A program made the position numbers and the translations under genes. A stretch of DNA of 64,000 nucleotides, from the NCBI GenBank assembly GCA_951406725.2, contig OX597820.1:101184001-101248000 (forward strand), given 5' to 3'. The notes beneath the pieces are model-generated. The model worked only from the letters and a program-made list of their open reading frames with translations. It was not told the DNA's origin and ran no database searches. Origin of the DNA: Octopus vulgaris (taxonomy: Eukaryota). Shown here piece after piece: positions 1 to 10,255 of the stretch (positions are counted from its first letter, which is position 1; every line of letters starts with the position of its first letter).

Positions 1-60
1 CCAGTTTTTTTATTATTATTAATGTTGTTATTATTAAGGCAGCAAGCTGCCAGGCAAAGA

Positions 61-698
61 TCCTTAAATCCTTAAAAATGTTTTAGCCCAAAGGCTGCGG
101 CCATGCTGGGGCACCACTGCTGAATGAGCTACACTAATATGTGAATCCACCTCTGATATGTGGCACTTGGTCAACAAGGGAGTTCAATGCCGCTGCCCGC
201 ATCTGTGTCTCCTGTCGTGAGGTAGGTTCATCTGGGACCCCCGACAAGAAGAGAACCAGTTTAGTTTTAAAGAAACCCACATCCACACCATACAAGTCTC
301 TCAGGCATTTAGGGAGGATGTTAAAGAGCTGTGGTCCTCTGAAACCCAAGCTGTTGCAGTATCTGGTCCTGTATTTTGATGGTGATGTTGGAATCTTTGG
401 CACCATGCAGTGGCACCCCGTTCTGCGGTTGGGGCAACTTTGAATGCCAAAGTTTGGGACAAGACCCTCCAGGATTTTCCAGATGTATATCACCACATAT
501 CTCTCCCGTCTTCACTCTAGGGAGAAGAGTTTTAATACTTTCAGTCTTTCCCAGTGGCTGATATGTTGCATTGAGACGATCTTCTTTGTGTAGCTTCTTT
601 GAATTGCTTCGAGTTCTGCTGTTAGTTTTATATTGTGTGGTGACCATAGTTGGGAGCAGTAGTCCAAGCGGCTGAGGACGAAAGTTTTCCACAGGACC
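61..698 (-). mobile_element. 5'-truncated CR1/L2-group LINE 3' end (RT C-terminus + 3' tail) inserted into a SINE
   Basis: ORFs 512..715 and 134..496 give LSRLDYCSQLWSP...LEAIQR...WERLKVLKLFSLE...YIWKILEGLVPN, typical of the post-RT region of CR1/L2-group ORF2; short TTAAGGA tail repeats; possible AAGAT TSD at 57-61/699-703. Confidence 0.75.
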
Positions 699-703
699 AA
701 GAT

Positions 704-875
704 GTTTAACATCATTTCATCCGTCTTTATGCTCTGAGTTCAAATTCTGCTGAGGTTGACTTTACTTTTCATCCTTCTGAGGTTGATAAAATGAGTATCA
801 GCTGAGCATTGGGGTCAATGTAATTGACTTACTCCCTTCCCCTAAATTGCTGGCTTTGTGCCAAAATTTGAAACC
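704..875 (+). mobile_element. SINE family A (Meta-like core), part of a same-orientation cluster
   Basis: GAGTTCAAATTC B-box-like motif + GACTTT.CTTTTCATCCTT..GAGGT.GATAAAATGAGTA core; (TTA)n tail. Confidence 0.75.
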
Positions 876-898
876 ATTATTGTTATTATTATTATTAA

Positions 899-1102
899 GG
901 TGGCAAGCTGGCAGAACCATTAGCATGCTGGGCAAAATGCTTAGCAGCATTTCATCCGTCTTTACATTCTGAGTTCAAATTCTGCTGAGGTTGGCTTTGC
1001 TTTTCATCCATTTGAGGTCGATAAATTAAGTACTGGGGTTGATGTAATTGACTAACCCCATCTCACCAAAATTTCAGGCATTGTGCCTATAGTAGAAAGG
1101 AT
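899..1102 (+). mobile_element. SINE family A with (TTA)n tail
   Basis: GGCAAGCTGGCAGAA head, same core, CCTATAGTAGAAAGG end followed by ATT repeats. Confidence 0.8.
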
Positions 1103-1175
1103 TATAATAATAATTATTATTGTTATTATTATGATATTTTAAAAATATTGATGTAACTCTTCGCAAAGGTAAATT

Positions 1176-1454
1176 GACAATATGAAGAGTGCGATGTGAT
1201 TGCAATAGATATTTTATTGGTTGAATGATATTTTGACAGCTAGCATTTCTTTTTCTATTTACCAGTTGTAAACTTGAAAATTGAAGACTGATGATGTCAT
1301 TCCATCAACGTGAGAGCACTGGTTACCCTCGTTCAAATTTTGAATTTCTATGTATCACTTTTCATTTTGAACTTGACAAAGACAGGCTAGCTGTCAAAAT
1401 ATCGTTCAACCAATAAAATATCTGTTGCAATAGTATTGCGCTCTTTGCATTGTC
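1176..1454. mobile_element. MITE/foldback element with ~70-bp imperfect terminal inverted repeats
   Basis: 1176-1244 is approximately the reverse complement of 1386-1454 (TTGCAATAGATATTTTATTGGTTGAATGATATTTTGACAGCTAGC). Confidence 0.65.
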
Positions 1455-1473
1455 TATTGTTATTTTTATTTTT

Positions 1474-1681
1474 GGCAAGCTGGCAGAATTAGTATGCTGG
1501 ACAAAATGCTTTGTGGTATTTTGCCCATCACTACATTCTGAGTTCAAATTCTGCTGAAGTCGGCTTTGCTTTTCATCCTTTTGGGGTTGATAGATTAAGT
1601 ACCAGTGAGACACTGGGGTCAATGTAATTGACTAATCACCTCCCACAAAATTTCAAGGCTTTGTGCCTTTAGTAGAAAGGA
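1474..1681 (+). mobile_element. SINE family A with (TTA)n tail
   Basis: Same head, core and tail as 899-1102. Confidence 0.8.
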
Positions 1682-1694
1682 TTGTTATTATTAC

Positions 1695-1725
<31 letters not shown>

Positions 1726-2210
1726 GAGTCAGAGAGGAGCACATGCAATCAAAGTGACACTGGGGTACAAATATACGAAACCCAAGATACCCATCATGAC
1801 TACATGTCTGATAAAGGTACACCAAGCACTTGCATCACAACCATATGTGTGCAACATAGTGATTTCATATCAAAATAAACAGTGCATGACCTTGCAGGTG
1901 GGGCCCAGTTAGAATTATCTTCAGGTTCAGTACCCCATCCTGCTCAAAAGATCCCTGAATAAGGTTTAAGAATGTTGAACAAAACACCCATGTTTCCAGA
2001 GGTGAATTATTAAAACCTCAAAGAATTCCTCTCGACATATGGATGCTCCCCCATTACTTCTGCTCATGATCAAAGATGCACATATTGTCAACCACCAAGG
2101 GACATGCTCAAGTGGTTAAGTTCAAGCAATTGACGAGCAAATCTGTGGTATTGAGCAGAATATTTGCTGTAGCCCATCTTTTATACCAAGACAAAACATG
2201 TACATGATAG
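1726..2210 (+). mobile_element. Unclassified ~550-bp (TAA)n-associated repeat, partial copy
   Basis: Reverse-complement similarity to 30792-31347 and 31386-31891; starts directly after (TTA)n. Confidence 0.75.
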
Positions 2211-2350
2211 CAAATTCCACCAAGGTTGACTTTGCCTTTCATCCTTTCAGGGTTGATAAATTAAGTACCAATGAAACATTAGGAGTGATATAATCGACTA
2301 GTCCCCACCCACAAAATTTCAGGCCTTGTGCCTATAGTAGAAAAGATCCT

Positions 2351-2389
2351 TATTATTATTATTATCATTATTATTATTATTATTATTAC

Positions 2390-2435
<46 letters not shown>
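2351..2435. repeat. (TTA)n microsatellite, tail of a SINE A fragment at 2211-2348
   Basis: Directly visible. Confidence 0.95.
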
Positions 2436-2863
2436 TTAGAGTAAAATATATTCATTTCAATTCATGTTTATAAATTGTTCTAGTAGAAATATGTTTTTGA
2501 ATATAAATTATTTAATACAATAAATGTCTTTTATAGAAATTTATAAAAAATACAATCTGCTTTAATAATTTTAAAGGCATTAAAAAAAGCATTTAACCAT
2601 TTGCCATATGGAAAAGTTTACAAAAGAAAAACATTGTCAGTTTCAGTAACTTGAGTTTTTATTTGACATAGGCTTTTGTTCTATTTTGGGTTCCATTTAG
2701 ATGATTATATAAACATAGAAAATGCAGAAGTGATTAATTTTATTTTTTATTCTAAATTACTTTTGCAAATTTTGGGTAAATATTTTATATTAATATGTTG
2801 CAATTTGTAATGTTGTCAGCATATATCCGTAAGGGTTTAGACAAAATCTAAAATTGGATAGAA

Positions 2864-3079
2864 TGAGGGGGTGCTGAAAAGTTCCTGGCTTTAGGGGTAT
2901 CGTGAAAGCCTGTTTGGAGGCTTAACCTTCCGAGTTCTTTTACAGGACTTAGGAAAACTGAAGGACTGCTGCAATAAGTGTGTGAATCTGAGAGGGAAAT
3001 ATGTTGAGTAAAATCATAATCAACTGATCCTCCTGTATTTTCTTTTACACAAAGTCAGAAGCTTTTTAGCACTCCCTAG
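2864..3079. mobile_element. Tc1/mariner-type MITE
   Basis: TIR GAGGGGGTGCTGAAAAGTTCCTGGCTTT / AAAGTCAGAAGCTTTTTAGCACTCCCT; a second copy at 36210-36648. Confidence 0.75.
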
Positions 3080-3685
3080 TAACTATTGAGTTCTTTCTCA
3101 AAATATTACCAGATCTGATAAATTTGGATACTTATTCATTTTTTTGTTTTGTTTTCCTTCTATTCTTATAATTGTTGTGGTGATAGAGCCATTGCATAAA
3201 CCTTTGGTGCTGTCAATCTATTTCTAATGGGCTCTGACCAATGCTTCAGTTGCAGCAACAGTAGTTCTAGTATATTTCAAGAAATACACACTTGAATGCA
3301 TCATTTTAATTCCCAACTAATGTCTTCTCTTTTTACCTTTTGCACAATTCTGTAGAATTGTTTTTTCATGACTTGTTAAAGTCAAAGAATGGTCTGAACC
3401 ATTTTCATGTGAGAATAGTCATTGGCAGAATTGATAATGGACAAAGGATTAACAGTTCATATCCTGCCACAGATAGTGGTGAAATATGCTAGTTGAAAAC
3501 TTTTAACTCTTTCTGGCTTACAGCTTATTGCAAGAATATTGTATACTATCATTGTCAGCAACAACATTATCAACAACATTGCCATTTAATGTCCATCTAC
3601 CATGCTGGTATAGGTTGAATTGTTTGACAGGATCTGATGAGCTACAGGACTGTGCTGAACTCCAACGACTGCTTTGGCATGGTTT

Positions 3686-4087
3686 CTTATTTCTTATTTC
3701 ATAGAGGGGACAAACAAGGACAGACAAAAGGATTAAGTTAATTACATCGATCCCAGTGCGTAACTGGTACTAAATTTATCGACCTCGAAAGGACGAAAGG
3801 CAAAGACGACCTTGGCGGAATTTGAACTCAGAACGAAAAGACAGATGAAATACCTATTTCTTTACTACCCACAAGGGGCTAAACACAGAGGGGACAAACA
3901 GGGACAGACATACGGATTAAGTCAATTACATCGACCCCAGAGCATAACTGGTACTTAATTTATCGACCCCGAAAGAATGAAAGGCAAAGTCAACTTTGGC
4001 GGAATTTGAACTCAGAACATAACGGCAGACAAAATACGGCTACGCATTTCACCCGGTGTGCTAACGTTTCTGCCAGCTCGCTGCCTT
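3686..4087 (-). mobile_element. Tandem dimer of SINE family A (alternative GGGTAGTAAAGAAATA tail) inserted in an RTE-tail fragment
   Basis: Two consecutive cores; head CCAGCTCGCTGCC ends at ~4086. Confidence 0.8.
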
Positions 4088-4242
4088 TGGCATGGTTTCT
4101 ACAGTAGGATGTCCTTCCTAATGCCAACCACTTTACAAAGCATATTGGATGCTTGTATAATAATCAGTTATTTTGTTAATTAGCAATGTTGGTGAATTCT
4201 ACCTTGGGTCTACTGTATATGACAGAGTCATTATAAAAATAT

Positions 4243-4611
4243 GGCACGTTCTGTGCCAGTGGCACGTAAAAAGTACCATCCGATCATGGCCGTTGCCAGC
4301 CCCAACTGGCCTCCATGCCGGTGGCACGTAAAAAGCACCATTCGATCGTGGCCATTGCCAGCCTCGCCTGGCCTCCGTGCCGGTGGCACGTAAAAGGCAC
4401 CATCCGATCGTGGCCGTTTGCCAGCCTCATGTGGCACATAAAAAGCACCTACTACATTCACAGAGTGGTGGGCGTTAGGAAGGACATCCAGCCATAGAAA
4501 CATTGCCAGATCAGACTGGGCTTGGTGCAGCCTTCTGGCTTCCCAGACCCCAGTTGAACTGTCCAACCCATGCTAACATGGAAAGCGGACGCTAAACGAT
4601 GATGATGATGA
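4243..4611 (+). mobile_element. RTE LINE 3'UTR fragment with internal ~60-bp repeats and (GAT)n tail
   Basis: Matches the 3' ends of the RTE copies at 8.8-9.1 kb and 47.3-47.7 kb; GTGGCACGTAAAAAGCACC repeats. Confidence 0.85.
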
Positions 4612-6065
4612 TACACTGTGGTTCATTTCAATCAATTCTATCTCTACCGTGTTAAGTACTTTTTCAAAAGGCCTTGCTTATATAACAGTCACTTAATACA
4701 CAGTATCATTAATGATGCTACCAGTGTAGCTCTTGTTTACTTGCTAGCCACTCTAATTATTTAAAATCTAGCTTTATGACAGGTAAGGACCTTTCTAAAT
4801 TGTTTACTCTTCCTTCTCATTCCTCTTTTTGACAATTATATCCAGATTGTTGAAGCTAATATGGTCTTACTCCTCATTCTGAAATGGGAGGCTAAGTTGT
4901 TAGGGCATGTGTCTCCACAATGAAAATATAAGGGCTTACTTTTTTTGTTGTGTTTGGACAAAAAAACTTCATTCTCAAGAACTCAGTTGATCTAACTATA
5001 AATAGGATATTATGGGGTCCTGCAGTTTCTTACTCTGTTTAACCGGAGTACTTTATAATTGACTAATCTTTGTTAAATAGCATTACTAACCTCAAATTTG
5101 TTAACAAGATTTGCTATTGCATGGTATGTTTTCCAAAGACGGTTGTGTTCCTCTATTATGTGTGTTAACGGGACACTTTAACAAGTTAGAAATCCCTTGC
5201 AGAAAGCTTCAGACACCATTACTATCACATCAATGTACAGCTAAGGTGCAGATGCACATGCCATGCAACCAACTAAAAAAAAAAATTCAGCTGTGCATAG
5301 AAAATACTGTATTTGCCAGAGTATAAGATGCACTGCCACATGAGACAAATCCCTAAATTTTTTGTGGAGAAAAATGTATTTTCTGTGAAGAAAAACAAAT
5401 TTAACATGTTTCATCATACATCCATGCATTTGATATCTTATCTATGACATAGCTACATAAGACATGACAATTTTTTGCTTTATTTAAGACTATATATTTA
5501 ATAAAAAGTATATCTTATAAAAACAGCATACATTTGTTTGAAATTAGTATATAATTTATCAGATCCTGTACCCAACTTCAGGCCCTATATTAACTGAACA
5601 AGTTTGTAGCTATTATGGCATACATACTAAAATTATCTTAATATTTCCATGTTTGTTTGCACTTAACAGTTCAAGTTCATTGTTATTTTTTATCATTGCA
5701 TATAAAGTCACTTATGAGATTATTTTTGTGAACATAAACATAAAATAATTACTATTTATCCCTCTGTACTTAACTAATAAATAAAGTCATCTTGATTAAC
5801 TATTTATAATGCAAGTAATATATATATAAATAGATAATCACTCCTAATGACCTTTCTCAAGAAGATGCCATATCTATTCCTAACAGCCATATTAATTGAG
5901 GCAGTATAGAATAAAATGTTCTAGGCTGAAGTGACAATGTGTTCAAAGTACTGTAAATTTGGATATATGACCTGTGACATAACTACTTGACCATTTTGCT
6001 TCTATTTTTGTACACAAATCTTTAAATATCAGAAGAAGCAAAGCTTCTGTTATTAACATTATACA

Positions 6066-6098
<33 letters not shown>

Positions 6099-6123
6099 AA
6101 GAGAGATATCTATCTTGATCAAC

Positions 6124-6681
6124 ATCATCATCATTTAACGTCCACTTTCCATACTGGCATGGGTCAGATGGTTTGACTGGAATTGGTAAGCTGGAGGGTT
6201 GCATCAGGTTCCAGTCTGATTTGGGATGGTTTCTATGGCTGGATGCCCTTCTTAATGCCAACCACTCTGAGAGTGTAATGGGTTCTTTTTACATACCACA
6301 GGCATGACACCAGCAATGGCCATGACTGGGTGCTATTTACACAACACTGGCAACAGCCACAACTATGATTTTACTTGGCTTGATGAGTCTTCTCAAGCAC
6401 AGCAAATCGTGAAAAGTCTCGGACACTTGTCATCACCTTCATGAGGCCTGACACGCGAAGGTCACGCTACTGGCAACGGTCATGATTATGATTTCACAAC
6501 TGCCGTTCACATCATACTGGCAATGGCCACAACTATGATTTCACTTGGCTTGATGAATCTTCTCAAGCACAGCATATTGCCAAAAGGTCTTGGTCATTTG
6601 TTATCACCTCCATTAAGCCCAACATTTGAAGATTGTGCTTCACCAACTTGTCCCATGTCTTCCTGGGTCTGCCTCTTCCAC
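6124..6681 (-). mobile_element. RTE LINE 3' fragment
   Basis: (CAT)n start, GGATGCCCTTC.TAATGCCAACC motif, ends in GRGRPRKTW-like coding sequence. Confidence 0.8.
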
Positions 6682-7224
6682 ATACATACACATGTATAAT
6701 TTATTAACAGTTTGATCCAGCTCCATATAACTTAAAGTTTCATGGGCTCATAAAATTAACCTAGCTCTTCGGACATAGGTAACTGAATGGAGAAACTTCA
6801 AGATGGCTATAGGAGATTGAGCTGCTGTTGGTCAAAGCAGGTCACATGGCTTTGTTGATATTGTTATTGATACAGCAGTAACATCAGACAGAGATAGAAA
6901 TCCCAATGTGTATTTCTGGGATTGTGTAGTTGGATAGTCTGCTTAGATGAGATGCAGTTCAGTTTTGTGCCAGGTAGAAGCACCACTGATGCTATATTCC
7001 TGGTACAGCAACTGCAGAAGAAATACCTAGCTAAAGATAAAACCCTATACTTAGCTTTTGTGGACTTGGAGAAAGCCTTTGACAGGGTCCCCCGATCCCT
7101 TATCTGGTGGTTCATTTTATGAGCCCATGAAACTTCAAGTTATATGGAGCTGGTGCATTATGTTTGATGCTATGCAGTGGCAACAGTGTTGATGAAGGGG
7201 TAACTAGGTAACTAGGTGTAGCAG

Positions 7225-9135
7225 TACCATAGTCAACTGCTACAAGGGTAAAGGTGATGCTCAAGATAGAAATAACTACAGGGGTATCAAACTGCTGGAT
7301 CAGGTGATGAAGGTCACGGAGAGGGTCAAAGCCCATCTCATTAGGGAGTCTGCTTAGATGAGATGCAGTTCAGTTTTGTGCCAGGTAGAAGCACCACTGA
7401 TGCTATATTCCTGGTACAGCAACTGCAGGAGAAATACCTAGCTAAAGATAAAACCCTATACTTAGCTTTTGTGGACTTGGAGAAAGCCTTTGACAGAGTC
7501 CCCCGATCCCTTATCTGGTGGGCAATGCAGAAACTGGAGATTGATGAATGGTTAATAAGGACTGTACAGACCTTATACAGAAAGGCTGTTAGTAAGGTTA
7601 GGATTGGCAATGAGTGTAGTGAAGAATTCCGGGTAGAAGTAGGGGTCCACCAAGGTTCAGCCCTCAGACCCCTTTTATTCTTCATAGTCCTCCTGGCAAT
7701 AACAGAGGAATTCAAGACGAGTTGCCCCTAGGAGCTCCTCTATGCTGATGACCTGGCCCTCATAGCAGAATCACTACTGGAACTAGAGAAGAAATTTCAG
7801 GTGCGGAAGCAAGGTTTAGAATCAAAGGGCCTTAGAGTCAATGTAGCAAAGACCAAAGTTCTAGTAAGTAGGAAGGTGAACTCATCACACACACCCTCAG
7901 GTAGGTGGCCCTGCTCGATCTGTACAGAAGGTGTAAGTAGAAACTCCATAAGATGTACCCAGTGTAAGCTATGGACACATAAGAGGTGCAGCAACATCAA
8001 GACAGCTTTCATGTGCGGCAGATGCACAGTGGTAATAAACACCACAGATGCTCAGAAAACAGATTCCATCACACTCTAGGGAGAGAAACTAGAAGTACTT
8101 GATAGCTTCCGCTACCTAGGTGACCAAGTTAATAGTGGGGGTGGATGCTTAGAGAGTGTTACCACTAGCCTGGGCAAAGTTTAGAAAGCTTCTACCCCTA
8201 CTGGTGACAAAGGGCTTCTCGTTCAGAGTGAAAGGAAGATTGTACGATATATGTGTGCGGACTGCCATACTTCACGGCAGTGAAACATGGGCTGTGACTG
8301 CGGAGGGCATGAATAGGATCGAAAGAAATGAAGCTAGCATGATCCACTGGATGTGTAATGTCAGTGTGCACGTACAACATATTGTAAGCACCCTGAGAGA
8401 AAAGTTGGACATAAGAAGCATCGGATGTGGCATGTAAGAGAGACGTTTGCGCTGGTATGGTCATGCACTATGGATGAATGAGGAGAGATGTGTGAAGAAG
8501 TGCCACTCCCAAACAGTTGAAGGAATCCAGGGTAGAGGTAGACCCAGGAAGACATGGGTTGGGGTGGTCAAGCATGACCTTCGAACGTTAGGCCTCACAG
8601 AGGTAATGACGAAAGACCAAGATCTCTGGAGATATGCTGTGACTGCAAAGACCCAGCAAATAAAGTGAGTTCATGGCTGTGTCCTACACCAGTTTCGCAT
8701 AACCAGCCCCAGCCCATTCAAAAGTACATTGGATTGTTGGGCAACCTGCTGTGCTTGAGTAGTTCTATTGAGTCAAGTACATCAACATCAAAATAAAAAT
8801 CAAATGGAAATTGTAGTTGTGATACCCATGCTGGTGGCACATAAAAAGCACTATCCGAACATGGCCGATGCCAGTGCCGCCTTGACTGGCTTCCGTGCCA
8901 GTGACACGTAAAAAGCACCAACTGATCGTGGACGTTGCCAGCCTCCTCTGGCCCCTGTGCCGGAGGCATGTAAAAAACACCCACTACACTCATGGAGTGG
9001 CTAGGAAGGGCATCCAGCTGTAGAAACACTGCCAGATCAGACTGGAGCCTGGTGCAGCCTCCTGGCTTCCCAGACCCCAGTTGAACTGTCCAACCCATGC
9101 TAGCATGGAAAACGGACGTTAAACGATGATGATGA
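7225..9135 (+). mobile_element. 5'-truncated, decayed RTE-clade LINE (RT, PHD-like insert, C-terminus, 3'UTR, (GAT)n tail)
   Basis: QFSFVPGRSTTDAIF, AFVDLEKAFDRV, GVHQGSALRP, LYADDL (TATGCTGATGAC 7741), LHGSETW, GRGRPRKTW; contains stops and frameshifts. Confidence 0.93.
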
Positions 9136-9397
9136 TCTGTCTATCTTTATGACTGTGTTTGTCCCTGCCCACTGCTTGACAACTCGTGCTGGTGTGTTTG
9201 CCTCCACATTACTTAGCAGTTTGGCAAAAGAGACTGTTAGATTAAGTACCAGATTTAAAAAAAAAAAAGTCCTGGGGTTGATATATTCGACTAAAAATTC
9301 TTCAAGGTGGTACCATGGCAGAGCTGCCGTCTAATGACTGAAACAAGTAAAAGATAAAAGAAAGCTGAGCACAGCATGACAAGATTTGATGTTAGAA

Positions 9398-9629
9398 GGC
9401 AGCGAGCTGGCAGAAACGTTAGCACGCCGGGCGAAATGCGTAGCCGTATTTCGTCTGCCGTTACGTTCTGAGTTCAAATTCTGCCGAGGTCCACTTTGCC
9501 TTTCATCCTTTCGGGGTCGATTAAATAAGTACCAGTTACGCACTGGAGTCGATATAATCGACTTAATCCGTTTGTCTGTCCTTCTTTGTCCCCTCTGTGT
9601 TTAGCCCCTTGTGGGTAGTAAAGAAATAG
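9398..9629 (+). mobile_element. Near-consensus SINE family A (tRNA-like head, Meta-like core)
   Basis: GGCAGCGAGCTGGCAGAAACGTTAGCACG...GAGTTCAAATTC...GCCTTTCATCCTTTCGGGGTCG; CpGs retained. Confidence 0.85.
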
Positions 9630-9959
9630 ATATTACAATGTGGTGAATAACTATCTTAATCTTGCAGCAATTCTGTGTTTTCTATTTATTCTCAAATTAG
9701 GGATCATTGTAAATTAAGAGACATGACTTTGAGAAGGGTTTTGTTGCCAATGAAGACAAACATGGTTAAAAACCCATTTTTATTTGATGGTTGCGAGGAA
9801 TATTATTGTGAAACTATATTTATTAAATTTAGTTTGATTGTATTTATGGATTTCATGAGAATCATCTAGAAAAATGTAGTAAAAAAAAAAATGAATTTAT
9901 CCCCAAAGAAGCATATTTTCTTGCTTTCCTGACGAAATTCTCAGAGTAAAGTTTTGGAG

Positions 9960-10255
9960 AAGGGGAGAAATGGGAGGAGGAGGAGAAGGAGGGAAGGGTT
10001 AGCTACCACGCGCGACAATTGAGTGCGCATGCGCTTCAACGTAAACATGGCAGCAAACAGTCGAGTGTGAAATTTTCAATGTTGTTTGTTATAAATACTT
10101 TAATGAATATCTATGAACGGCTTTGATACAAGTTGGGATTTTTACAAACACGAAAGAAAAATAAAAGGAAAGCATACACACAAACATATACAAAGGAAAA
10201 AACGAAATAAAAAGCGAACAAAATACGATTTGTAAGCTGTCCAAAATAGGTAAGT
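9960..10255 (+). promoter_or_regulatory. Candidate promoter and non-coding first exon
   Basis: Purine tract, TGCGCATGCGC (NRF1-like) at ~10024-10034, AACATGGCAG (YY1-like) at ~10044, consensus donor AG|GTAAGT at 10250; start of a CpG-retaining, repeat-poor region. Confidence 0.45.

Noticed and set aside
4243-4450. CRISPR-like repeat/spacer appearance
   Set aside because: Eukaryotic LINE 3'UTR; spacers are related to each other and there are no cas genes
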